Below, piece by piece: positions 26,093-40,000 of a stretch of DNA of 64,000 nt. The position numbers were made by a program, and so were the translations under genes. Location: positions 530,453-594,452 of the forward strand of contig NMRA01000150.1 of the NCBI GenBank assembly GCA_002633005.1. Reading direction: 5' to 3'. Source of the stretch: Phoronis australis. Its lineage: Eukaryota; Animalia; Phoronida. The notes under the pieces were generated by a model. The model did not search any database and was not told the origin of the DNA. It worked only from the letters and a program-made list of their open reading frames with translations. Position 1 is the first letter of the stretch. Every line of letters starts with the position of its first letter.

Positions 26093-27422
26093 TAACTTAC
26101 AGGTGTAAATAATGAGCATCAGATTTTATTTCAAGATATGCTCGACTGAAGCTACAACATATCTTCACTTCTAGGAAGCTTTGAGAATCATGCCATGTTG
26201 GTCGTGTTGGCCGCCTTTTGATAATTCAAGGAGAGTCAATGTTGTGTTGAATATGACGACCACTGTGAGAAACGGCAAGGCAGCACAGAACGTTGATAAA
26301 GCACGCACAATCCCAGAAGACCGCAAAAACATTCACATTTGCAACATTTTAGTGATGTCTAAATGTTAGTGTTCAGAGGATTTCTGAAAAATTTGTTTCA
26401 TAATTCCTCAGTCCTGACCCAATCCTTATTTTTTAACAATATTGCTCACGATGAATCATGGATATATGACTATGACCCCCCGTGTCTATGCAACAGTCGT
26501 TACTATGGAGAGAAATCACGTAACTTCACCGGGACCAAAGACAGCACACAAGTTTCAAACAATGGTGATTTTTGACTTGCAGGGGCATTGTTCCCGAGGA
26601 CAAATTATTAACGAAGCTTTACCGCCAACTAAGTTTTAATAGCACTTAGGGAGAGCACTTGCCACAAACGACCAGAACAACAGGAAAACATTGACTAAAC
26701 ACTACACCATCACAGTCCATCTGTCAACACACTGCATGTTGGCCATGACACGGGATCTAATCTCTTCACTCAAAATTATTTTTTACATTTTTCATTCTCC
26801 TTCAATAGCAACTCGAGTGTTCGAATATGTTGTGAACAAGTCACTATGTAGTCTGGTTCTGGAATTCATGACCGCTAGACTTGAGCTGCAAACTTGTCAG
26901 TAAAAACTGAAATTTGGAGTAGAGACTGGAACTTATTACTTCAATGGTGGGGTCATCAAGTGCAAAGTAGGTTTACGTTGTCATCCACGTAAATTGGAGC
27001 ACAATATATTGGACACTTATCTCAAGTTCATACTTAGTAGAATAAAAAATGACAAAACAATTTACAGTTTGCTTGTGAGTAAAAGGTTTGGAGCCGGAAG
27101 TTGTTGAATTCTAGGAACACTATGGTCATTCCCACATCCATCTCATTCACAAGATCTAAACCTCTGTGATATTTCTATGGCAACAACTAATACTCAGATT
27201 CTAAGGTGTATCGCTTTGAGTTAATACAGTTGCTGAGGAAGAACACATGCAAGGCATGCTGGGATCATTGAGGACAGCGACGGAAACCAACAAGTCAAAA
27301 TTTCATTCGTCTATACTCAAATAACTTGAGCTTTGGATATCACCTAGTATTGTCCTAGACCGTCTTCCTAAGTTAAACTGATAACAATTAGACATAACCG
27401 CTAAGATGCTGCTAACGGCAGA

Positions 27423-28032
27423 TCATAGTTTCCCTTGCTGCTTCATACTGCTGATGTAATTTATAAGAGATTGATTCACTTCCAAGTCACTAAATGACAC
27501 ATTAGCATTGGCACATCCAACCAGAGGGCAGCTGAAAAAAATAAAGTTTACATCAGAAAAGGTGAGAATTTGAGGTGTTTGTGTACACAAACAACCAACT
27601 CGTGGACGATTTTAAAGAAAATTTCAGGATGTTGGAGTGAATGAAGTAGGCTTTTGAAGATGATGTCAAACAACAGAACGTGAAGAAGATTATAAGAATT
27701 CAAAGGAACTGTTGAACTTGGTGGATGTTTGAACTCTAACATCTTCTAACTAAATATAACTATTATGACTAAACTTGTTACTCTAAGGCAACGTTTCTTG
27801 TTATTAATTGCGTTACTACAGTGACCACTTAATATAATAATAATAATAAGTTAACATACGGTGCCTTCTTGTTTCGCCTCAACTTGTCCTCGATGTACTG
27901 TTTGACGCCATTGAAGTCATAGCTGTGTCCACACACCTTATTCTTGACGGGCTGCACCATCGTCATGCCCGTGAAAGGACAGCGGACACGCACCTCCTCC
28001 TCAACAACCATCACCTCATCATCAACGGACTC
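27423..28032 (-). other. SP-RING (zf-Nse-type) domain exons of the large gene
   Basis: [71 protein letters not shown] versus recalled human NSMCE2 [36 protein letters not shown]...KKAYCPQIGC. All Cys/His ligands are present. Confidence 0.92.
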
Positions 28033-31000
28033 CTGTGGAACACGATATAACATGAAAGAAAATGATACAAGACACAATTACTCAAACTATTATTACGTTC
28101 TCCAAAATATTGAAAAAAAGAACTGTCAATATACTTTGGATTCCCTGGTACGTGATGTAGATCAGACAAGTATGTCTTGTATAGAATTATAGTATAAAGT
28201 TCACATTCAGACAAGGGTAACTATCAAAACTGATCTTATTTCATTCTTCTAGACAGTGTTTCTAGCCTTACTGGAAATGACGATGGTTTCCCAAAATATT
28301 GAAGTTCAAAACTGATACAGCATTCATTACGCAGGTGTTGCTACTTTTTAAAGTACATTTCCCCCCGTTTAGCTCGCTAAAAACAGATGTCAAATCAGAC
28401 CCTCTAATCTTACTAAACTGGTCTCAAAAATTTCTTTAACACAATAGAGCTTCTTTAGGCTAAGAAAAACTTTTCAAAATCATCAATTTTACAAGGGTTA
28501 GCTGGACCTAAAATTAGAAAATAAACCAGTCTTGTGCCACAACAATGACTATTTCTTGCGAGTGCATCACAGATCAGCTGTTACATTTAGTTATCTCAAT
28601 ATGGTGATTATAGTGGCAGCTAAAATGGTAAAGGCAGCTTTAATAAACATCCATTATCTGCCATGTTGTGTCATGTGTTGATGTGATTATACTCAGACAC
28701 AATCTATGAAATTGTGAACATATATCAGTGTCTTATATTGGTGAGGTTATACTCTCTAACACAATTTGTGAATCTACATCATTCTATTCAATTGTAAAGA
28801 ATTTTGTATAGACAAAGAATTTCTTCAACACAATAAAGAATCCCGAAAAATGTGGTCACATGACCAGGTTCAAATCCAGCCAATCAGAAAGAAGATGGTT
28901 GCACAATGACAACACATATTAAGACACAACACTGGTTGGCATAATCACCTGAGGAACTTTATACATTAAAGATGAGGGGGCAGATGGACCTCTGTGTGAA
29001 GGAGAGCACTCTTCAATAATGACATCATCATCACTGAAATTGAAATGCTGCTGATTATAGTTCCATGAAGAAGATAACAAGATTAAATAAATAACTAATA
29101 ATTAAAATGTTAGCTTTTACATTCCATAACTTTATTGCGGCCCACCAATTTGAGCAAGAGTAATAGCAGGAACTTCACATGTGGCCACAGTGCATGGCAA
29201 ATGATACATTTCTAGGGGCTACTAGGAGGTGCTGCGTTAGTCGAATCTGCCTGAAAATGAAATGGTGCTGGCACATTGTCATCATACACCTATGAATTAA
29301 GTTTCATTGAAATATGTCAATCAATTCTCAATAAATCACACTGAAATATGTCAATCAATTCTCAATAAGTCACATGGAAACTCTTCCCCAAGTAACACTT
29401 GTCGAAAACACTGAGAAGTACTCTTCCCCCAAACAAAACTTGAGAAGCTCCTTTTCACAAAGCTGCAGTGGACAAATCCTTCCCGAAAATAAAGGGTTCA
29501 GCGCATTGGCATCACATATATCTGTGTCAAGTTTTGTAGTCATCTGCCAATTGGTTTTCTTTAGATGTCATTCGGACCTGCTCTTCTCTCAGACAACACT
29601 GTCTTGAAAACTCCTTGTTGAGAGCAAAATGGCCACTAGGAGGTGCTGCAGTAGTTGAATTCACAAGAAAAAATTAATTGTTCTGACACATTGCTCTGAG
29701 TGAAGTTTCAGTGAAATGCAGCAATAAGATCTCTAGATATCATCTGCATACACGCTTCCCGAGAACGGCCACTAGGGGGCTTTGCACTAGTCAAATAGAC
29801 CTGAAAATCAAACAGCACTGGCACAATGTCAACATATACGTCTGTGTCAAGTTTCATTGAAATCTGTCTATCGGTTCTCAAGATATCTGGAAACCCTTTT
29901 ACCCCAAACAACACTTGAAAAGTTGCTTGTAGAGAAAAAAAGTGGCCACTAGGAAGTGCTGCAGAGGCTGAATCTGCTCTCAAAATTTTACCGTGTTAGC
30001 ACATTGACATCACATACCTCTGTCTTGTTAGGTTTTGTTGAAATCTGTCAATATCTAGATATCATCCGGAAGCGACCTTCCCAAAAAAATACTGAAAATG
30101 CCACGGCCCCTAGACCACAGGGGGCAGGGCAGATTGAAAAGTGTTACAAACTACTCCAATGATGCCTTACACCTTTGTGCCAAAGTTCATCACAATCCAA
30201 CCGATGTTTCTGGTATATTGTTGGACACCTGGACAACTTAACAACCAGGTACTTGGACAAAGTGATGACAATATGCAGGCACAGGGATGCATAAAAAACA
30301 ATTTACTTAGCTACTGTATGTAGTAAATGTCTATCAGCCACTAATGAATTAATATTTCTGGGGGCATGTTTTTCTGAAAGTCTATTAACTGCAGTCAGAA
30401 ATTGATTATTTTGTCTTTTGCGTTTCTCATGATGTTTTGTCTTATGTTTATTTGAGCAATGTATGGAGTTCTGTCACTGACTTCGAATAGTAGACAGATT
30501 TTCTGACATTCAGCCTCAGCTTGATTTTCGTGACACTGAGTTGCAGCCAAAATGAAGTCAGTAAAGTTCAAGAAACAGGCTCCTGATAACAGATGGTCCG
30601 ACTTTGAAATTACCTCGTTTATGGAAACGTCAACATCACCACTCTGTGTGCAATACAACATGTCTTTACATTACAGTCTTCATTAGGAACAAGATGGATA
30701 ATGGAGGATGTGTGTCTTACCTTGAAGTGGAGACACTTGGTGGTTGGCTACTTGATTTGGGAGCAATGTTCCTGAACTGTGAAGTAGGCATGAATGATGG
30801 AATGAGACTGGTTGATCCAGCATTCAGCACAGGTAGGCCATGAAGCCTAGATGGTTGGTCTTCAGGAGAGTTCAATATCTGAAGCAGGCTGGCATTGCTA
30901 GCATTAGTCAGGTTAGTCATGGTCCGTGTGGATGTTTGATTGGCTAGTGGAAATAGTGAAGTAAGCTCCTGGGCTTCGTTGACTGGTGCTGCCACCTGTT

Positions 31001-34000
31001 GTAGAGCTCTCAAGTTCTGCTGCTGGGACTGAGGTTGAAGAATCTCTTTTTGAAGTTGATTTTGTAATAATGTAATAGTCTGACTTACATCAGAGGCTGA
31101 GCTCGAGGGTAGTGAAAGAACGCGCCCAATGACTTGTGGCGACCAGTTACTAGGCAACCTCAACTGCTGCTGGCCTAACTGCTGCTGTTGCTGCTGTCTT
31201 CTTTGTTGTTGTTGCTGTTGTTGTTGTTGCTGCTGCCGTTGTTGCTGCATCTGTCGTCGCTGAAGCTGCTGCTGCTGTTGAAGCTGCTGCTGTTGTCCTT
31301 GTCGCTGTTGTTGATAAACTCTCTGCAGCATCGCATGGTCGCGTGCATTGTGTACACCTGCTTGTCCTTGTGACAAGTTCACTGTGCTTGGCCTGTTGCC
31401 ATAACTACGCATTGAGAACTGTTGCTGTCCTCCATTAGATGGTTGCACCTGGCTGGCAACAGTGGCTGAATATTGGTGCTGTCTCTGTACCTGCTGTGTT
31501 CTCTGTTGCGCGGGGTGCACTCTAAAGTGTTGCTGTAAGTCATGTCCCCCTTGGTGTGTAACTGAATGTCCGTCTCCAGCCCCATGTTGAGATGCTCCAC
31601 CCAAGGTTTGTGCCAGGGTAGAGCCAAGAGACCCTGAGGGATAGTTGAAGAGCTGCTGTGAGAGAACATCATGAGACAGCGCAGGTTGAATAGGGCGACA
31701 CTGAGTAGTTGCACGCTGCTCCACTTGTCTGTGTGAAGAGGTTGCTTGGCGAGGATTGCATGCTGTCATTTGTGATGGAGTTTGATGACGCTGCTGAGAC
31801 AACTGTGCTGGTTGATTCTGATTGGACACTTGTACTTGTGTCCAATAACCATGGACAGGCCGGCCCTGATTGGAACTGCCTATTATAGATGACAATGAGT
31901 GTTGACTAATGGGAACAAGAGGAGGTGGTCCAGAAACAGCACCAGAGGTCAGCTGGGTCACATATTGACTGGAAGATGTCTCTGCTGGCCGTCGCCGACC
32001 GGTTAAATTGATCACAGGCACATTTCTTGGATCAAACGGAAGAACCTTATGTCCAAAGGAGGTGAGTAAGTTTAGATTAGCTTGGCTAAGTGGCGACACG
32101 AGCTTGAACAACAGAACAACGGGTCGAGTGAGCTGAGTGGCTGCAACATACAACATGATTGATTGTAAAGAGTTGAATTTCCACTTTTTCAGGACACAAG
32201 CAGAAGAAAGTTTATCTTTCAAACAGCAAATAGTTTTAAATTATCTGCACTGAAAACATTATTTTAGTTTATTGTTACCTATTTTTTTCTGTGATCAAAG
32301 ATTTAGAATATGTGTGATTTTGTGGTTTATGATTAGAATATCAAAAACACTTAACGAAATGTAACCATTACTTTAGAACCATACATACTGTGTCAGCATA
32401 GATTGAAAACTCTCGATGCATCATGCCATGACAGAAACATTTATCAACAGCTTTGCATCACCATCAGATTTAAATAGGGTCAATGGTAAAAACAGCAACT
32501 ACAGTTATTCAAGCAAGATTTTCATACAAAACAATAGCAATGCCGAGCACTGAAATATCGCCCACGATGAAACCCCAAACAATGTGCTTCTATGGGTGTG
32601 TTTAGTATCATAAAAATGGCCATTAGATGACGCATAAATACACCAAACACATCTGAATTGAGAGGGTAGCGTCTCTGTAAAACACAACTATTTGGAAAAT
32701 TTCATGGAAATAAGCCAAGGAACTCCTATGATATAAGGCAAACGTAAAAACAATTGACACTAGGGGGCGTAGCTATATCGACACCAGGAAGCATAAATAT
32801 ATTGACCCTAGGGGGCATAGCTATATTGACACTAAGGGGCATAGCTACATTGATAATAGAGGGCATAGCTATATTCCGAGGCAGACAGGGAGGTGGATGG
32901 CATATAGGGAGGTGATATGGCAGATAGGGAGGTGATATGGTAGATAGGGAGGGGGGTGGCAGATAGGGAGGTGGACGCCAGAAAATGGATGCAAAACTAA
33001 AAACAATGGCAACCAAGGGGCCCAGAAAACATCAAATCTGTCTGAAAATGGAAAGTCGTTTTCATCTCAATAGAAACCTAGGCATTTGCTGAATTTCATG
33101 AAAAACAATATTGACAATAAGTAGTCAAGGAGTAAGAAAACTAGCTGTCACCATGTTATGAGTGACATTAGTCACAAGCCGACAGGGATGAAACTATGAA
33201 GACCACCAAGCATTATTTATTGACACTAAATTAGAGGACTGTAAATCATGAGTAGTGTCCCCACTACCATACCACAATCAAATGACTTTCCCTTAGTTGT
33301 CAAATTTACTTATTTCCAGGCTTGTATGTAGAGAATATACAACCCAGGAGTATCACAATTGAATTGCTGCAAATTTAAGTCGCACATTTCTGTGAATGAT
33401 GATTTAGAGTAATTCCATTGGCTTCAGTCACAGGCATATCCATTGTTTTTGATGTCAAAATATCTCAAATGACTCAATTTTTAAAATTATATTTATTGAG
33501 GTAGTAATATATATAGTCATCTTAAGTAAAAAACACTTAATCTTCCAAATGGTCAATTTAAAACCAGGTGACAGACGTACCATCTGCAGCGGTCAACAGA
33601 ATTTAGAGTTACTAATATCTGTTTAAGTAAGAATAAAAAAAATAGAATGTTCGACTTAGATATTATATTTCATCAATGGAAGCCTAGCAACACAAAAGAA
33701 TGGTGTCTAACATAAAATAATGTCCTAATCACTAGAAACACTAGAATGCATTGCTCCATAGTTTCAGAATCAGTAAAAATAGAAAAATGTTCACTTACTA
33801 ATATTGAAGTCTCTTGCAAGAAGGCTACCTGAAGGTACTGTTAAGTGAATGTTAAGATTTGTGTCTTTTAGAACAACAAACATGATATCATCATTCTTCA
33901 AGTAGATCCTCATTACATGGTAAGTGGCTGTAAGGTATAAATACAATATTGATAATGAAGAGTCTTCATAGTATAAATACAATATTGATAATGAAGAGTC

Positions 34001-37000
34001 TTCAAAGTATAAAGACAATATTGATAATGAAGAGTCTTCAAAGTATAAAGACAATATTGATAATGAAGAGTCTTCTAAAGTATAAATACAATATTGATAA
34101 TGAAGAGTCTTCAAAGTATAAATACAATATTGATAATGAAGAGTCTTCAAAGTATAAAGACAATATTGATAATGAAGAGTCTTCAAAGTATAAAGACAAT
34201 ATTGATAATGAAGAGTCTTCATAGTATAAAGACAATATTGATAATGAAGAGTCTTCATAGTATAAAGACAATATTGATAATGAAGAGTCTTCATAGTATA
34301 AAGACAATATTGATAATCAAGCGTCTTCAAATAGATAATCCTAATGTGGTCAGCAAGTTACGAAGACAAATGAGTTAAATAAATTTCAACTTTGGAATTA
34401 TTTTTAACTAGAAGCAGTATTATAGAGGGACCAACATTATAACCAACATATTTCATAGTGATAAACATTGGCATAATGCAGTCAATCATCATCCCTAATT
34501 TTGAGAAAGATACAGTGTTGCTTACCATACATAGCTTTTAGATACATAGAGTCACTCACCGTCTCTAGCCTTGAGATACATATAGTCACTCACCGTCTCT
34601 AGCCTTGAGATACATATAGTCACTCACCGTCTCTAGCCTTGAGATACATATAGTCACTCACCGTCTCTAGCCTTGAGATACATATAGTCACTCACCATCT
34701 CTAACCTTGAGATACATATTCACTCACCGTCTCTAGCCTTGAAATACATATAGCCACTCACCGTCTCTAGCCTAGAGATACATATAGTCACTCACCGTCT
34801 CTAGCCTAGAGATACATAGTCACTCACCGTCTCTAGCCTTGAGATAGATATTCACTCACCATCTCTAGCCTTGAGATACATATAGTCACTCACCATCTCT
34901 AACCTTGAGATACATATTCACTCACCATCTCTAGCCTTGAAATACATATAGTCACTCACCGTCTCTAGCCTTGAGACAGATATTCACTCACCATCTCTAG
35001 CCTAGAGATAATCATATAGTCACTCACCATCCCTAACCTTGAGATACATATTATTCACTCACCATCTCTAGCCTTGAGATAAATGTAGAGTCCATGAGGG
35101 AGCACTAGTACTTTTTTCATTGATGTATAGTTCTTCAGCATCTGACACTCATTGTTTTCAAAGTCAATGTTCATGCTGTTGATGATGAACTTCATCTCCG
35201 CCTGCTTGGAGTCCACATCCAGACACGCCTTGAAGTCTACGTTGGAATAATAGCTCTTGTACATCCTGCAGCCAGTATCTGGCCTAGACGGAGGCTTACT
35301 AAGACTGCATGACACAAGAATGACATCACTTGGAGAGCTCGGCGACGCAACTGATGAACATGCACTTGAAGATGTAGTGACAGCCGATGAACTAGATGGT
35401 CTGCTGGCATCAGCAGTACTCAACAAGGCGTTGGGTGTGCCCAGTGGCATAACTGACATGGTCACTTGACTGATTGTATTTCCTGATATGTTGGTAGAAG
35501 CTGGTAACAGGGATTGGACAGCTGATGAGCTGGTTGGTGGATTGTAGTTATGGAAAACAAAAGTTGACGTGTTGGCAGACATAACAGGCTGGGGAATTGG
35601 AACATGTAATGCTGAAGAAGAAGCTGTTGTTTCTGATGCATTTCTGCTGCACGCATTGACTGTAGGTGCAGTTGGCTGGTTAGATAGTGTGGTTGAGGTA
35701 GTAGGCACACTTATGGGATGTTCTGAGCTGCTGGTCACTGGAGTCATCAGTGGCATTACTGCAACTGGACACTGGTCAGATCTTGGCACCCGAGTTGACA
35801 TCACTGGAGCTTGAGTGCAGCTGGTCATCTCCAGTAGACTGGTCATGGTCGGCATACTCAGTAAGCAGTTACTACTAGCAGATACACTCACGCCACTAGA
35901 GCCTGGACAAGATACACTCACTGAAATGGTGTCTGGTGTGGAGACACTCACGGCACTAGAGGCTGGACAAGAGACACTCTCGGCACTGGTGTCTGGTGCA
36001 GAGACCCTCACAGCAGTGGTATCTGATGTGGAGACACTCACAGCACTGGCGCCTGGACAAGAGACACTATCCACACTGGTGTCTAGTGTAGAGACACTTA
36101 CAGCACTGGTATCTGATGTGGAGACACTTACGGCACCAGTGTCTGGTGTAGAAACACTCACGGTGCTGATTTCTGGTCCCGAGACATGCATGACATTGGT
36201 GTCTGATACGTAGACACTCACAGTGTTGATGTCTGGTCCCGAGACACTCACTATACTGGTGTCTGGTGAAGAGACATTCAAGGCACTAGTGGTTGGTCCA
36301 GAGTCACTTGCAGTGTTGGTCTCTTGTCTGCAGATAGCAGCTGCAGTTGTAGTTCCAACACTAGAAACAACGCATTGGCCCTCTTGGTGTTGGCCCTCTT
36401 GGTGTTGGCCCTCTTGGTGTCGCCGACATGGCTGAGGTACTGACAGAGGTGAGGTAGTAGGAGGGTTTGAAGCAGAACTACCAATGTCAAGAACCCTTGC
36501 GACACCAACTGAACGGGGAGGTGGTCGCAGTGATGAGCTTGACTGCACCAACAAATGAGAAGGTCTGGTATGTGCAATTGAATTGGATGTGCTTACTGTC
36601 ATGGAATTTGTTGTGGTCGGCTTATTGAAACTGGACAGAATGCAGGCAATACGTCTGGCAGTGCCTGAAGTGAATGCAGTTGATACACTAGTGGATGATG
36701 TCTGACTGGTGATGATATTGTTACCACAAGACAGCGATGGTGAGGCCACTGTACACGATGTACTCCCTGTTTGTGACAGTAGTCCTTGTTGGCAGCCATC
36801 TTGGGTGAGCACGGTAGATGTTGTAACACTTTCATCCACAGAATCACTAGATACTCTCTGTTCCCCGTCAGCAGGACTAGAGTGCACTGTGTCCTGAAAG
36901 TGGTGATCAGCACCAGACTGTTGACTAGACAACTGTGCTGTAGCTGTGTCAGGGGACTCTGACAAAGTATAGTCCTGTGTATCAATCACAAGTACGTCGT

Positions 37001-40000
37001 CTTCCCAATGCACATCAACACCACTGACCTCGTCTGGTGTGGAGCTCAAAATGGCTGCCACTTTGTTCCTGCTCCCTTCGCTCATTCCCGATGGCTGAGT
37101 GGTTCTCAATTCAATTAATTTCCCACACTGGCTATGATCTGATTCTCCAACAGTCCTATTGACAACAGTAACACTGTCACTAGCTGCTTGTTCATTTGCC
37201 GAAGAAACATTGGTGCAGGAATGAGCACAGTCAGAGTCAATGTCTCTTCCTTGGCTGTTAACTTTTTCAGTAGCAGGCTGTTTCTGCTGTACATGTTTTG
37301 AACCGCTACTTTCAGCATGTGATTCATCCGCACTAGATGTTTCCTTAATCAAATTATCAAGATTGTCCATTTGTTGATCAGCCTGGTCATTACCTTGACT
37401 CTGCTCTGAAAAAATTTCAGCACCACGTCCATTATCTGCATGAGTAACATGGCTACTGTTAACACTACTTGGGGAAGTCAGGAGCACTGTTTCAGCAAGT
37501 GTGGGAACTGTTTGTGAGGTATGAGACGAACATGCACATGTGTTGACTGTGCAGTTTGTTACCTTCCTACTAACTTCCAAAGAACTAGAACCAGAAACCG
37601 TTGTATCCAAGAGTTCAGCAAGTGTCTTCGATTCAAAGCCGGCTATGCCAGAACATCTGGTAACAGCTTGTTTTGCCCTGTCAACAGAGGTTTCATTAAC
37701 TGAACTTGACTCAGAGCTGGACGTGTTATTGGTACTCCTAAGTGAAACATTAGCAGTAACACTTTGTGTACTTCCAGTTGTCCTGGGTAATGTTGACGTT
37801 CCACAATATGACTTTGAGTTAACAACTGCTCTTTCACAAGCAGACTTGGCTCTTGTAGAAATATCAATGGTTGGCGAGGAAGGACTATTTTCTTTGGTGT
37901 TAGTCTGGCTGTCAATACTTGTCGACAGCCAATCACTGGTGAAGATATCCAGCGGTGAGGCTGATCCGTCTTCCTGGTCATTGCTATATCCTACAGTTGA
38001 CAGCGAGTCCCTCCTCTCCACAGTATTGCGTGACCCTTCCATAGAGTTCAAGGACATCATCTCTGAAGTTACTGGCAGCACAACATTGCTTGTTCTCACA
38101 GTAGAAGACACAGCTACAGACGAAGACTCATCATCAAACGCTTGAGTCCAAAGGGAATCCTCATCATCATCAGAATTAGCAGCAGAGACATTTCCCCACT
38201 TTTCCAGTTCTGAAGGAATTTTAATTGGTTCACTATCATCGTCATCATCGTCTGCTGTAAAAATATCTTCTAAACTTTCTAACTGTACATTGTCACCACT
38301 ACGCACTCTACTTGGAGGAACATAGAGATGAGTATTGTTCAACACAAGCTGTCTTGCAGAGTAGTCACCTTCTAGTCTACTGAGTATGACACTACAAGGT
38401 TTAACACGTGGATCAATGTCAGACACGTCTGGGATGTATTGCCGTCGCTTCTTTAGTTTATGGCCACTGTGCAACCTGTCTGCACAAGGTCGTTTTGATG
38501 CTGGACCTGAAAACAATAAATATTTTTTGAGAAATGATCATTATATCTAAAAAAATCAAAAAGCATTACCAGGCTTGCCACGGTATGTATCACAAACAAG
38601 CCGACTGGTTGAATTTATTCTGGCAATGCAAATGTGTAAATTGACTACACTGTCGACAAATTAGAAATACAAACCTAATCAACCTTTCATTTGAATTACT
38701 TATTGACAAGAACAGCACAGGAAAGTTAAACATAGCATGAACTCATCCTATGTCCAAAAAACAACACAGGAAAGTTAAAAGCAGCTTCATTAAATCTCCA
38801 TTAGACCACTAAGCAATGTGAAATTGATCTCATTTGTTCCTTAGTCAAACTAAAGCTGATTTATGGGCTTGACAATCGGTAATTAGTTGAGAGCAGATGC
38901 TCGGTAATTACTGGAGAGCTGGTGCCAGGGGGTCATCGACAATCAGTTCCTAAAACTGACAATCGGTAATTCGTTGACAGGAGGTGCCAGGGGGTCATCG
39001 ACAATCAGTTCCTAAAACTGACAATCGGTAATTCGTTGACAGCAGGTGCCAGGAGGACATTGACAATCAGTTCCTAAAACTGACAATCGGTAATTCGTTG
39101 ACAAGAGGTGCCAGGGGGTCATCGACAATCAGTTTCTAAAACTGGCAATCGGTAATTAGTTGAGAGCTGGTGCCAAAACGTCATCAACAATCAGTTCCTA
39201 AAACCACTTCTTATTTGGGTAAGGAACAAAATGAAATCTGTTTTAGAATTATGACAAGAGGCCTAAATCAAACGATAGTTTCTTTGATGAAACGTGGCTT
39301 TAAAGTCACGTTAAAAATAATTCTACCGAGGTCCAAGTTACAAAAGGAAATTTTACTGATATTGAGTTTATTCTCAAAAATCAACAGTAGAATTCTGTCC
39401 CAGAGTCAACATCGCTCTCAATGATCAAGGGATTACTAAAACTGTACCTCTGACCACTGTACCTCTGCGTTACATTTTCACCTATCAACAGAACAGCTCC
39501 GCCTCTGAGTTAAGACTCCTTAAGAGTTTCAATTTAAGTTCATAGTTCAAGTTTGTCATTTGAAGCACGAATCATTTACTTATGCCAAAACGTTTAGAAC
39601 ATTATCTTGCTCAGATCTGGTCAGATAATCTCCACATACCAGATGTGGTATTTGCATTTTGCACATGAAAAAAGCAAAACATTATGAATGTTGTGATATT
39701 GGCCATCAAAAGCAAGGCCAAGTGACCATCAAAAGCACGGCCAAGTGACCATCTCAGCTTTTGATAACGTCTTCTGTTTCCCCAACTCATAAATTGGTGG
39801 TCTTGGAATTTCTGAGCAGACTCACAAAATGTCGTCGATTTCCATGACATCTTGATTGGCAGTTCTATGTGAGCCAACTCATGGACGAGAAGGTCATGCC
39901 ACCTGGTGACTGAAGCACTAATGACAACCATTTATTAGACAAAGTATTAACATGTATCAGTAGTACCGTGATGCCGCCATTAATAAATTCGAAATATTTT

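Noticed and set aside
27423-28032. Calling the gene plain NSMCE2
   Set aside because: Only the SP-RING matches. No Smc5-binding helical exons were found upstream, and the exons splice in phase to a much larger ORF, so no symbol was assigned.
35257-38145. Plus-strand ORFs antisense to the big exon (e.g. 201 aa, 132 aa)
   Set aside because: Shadow ORFs of a Ser/Thr-rich coding strand.
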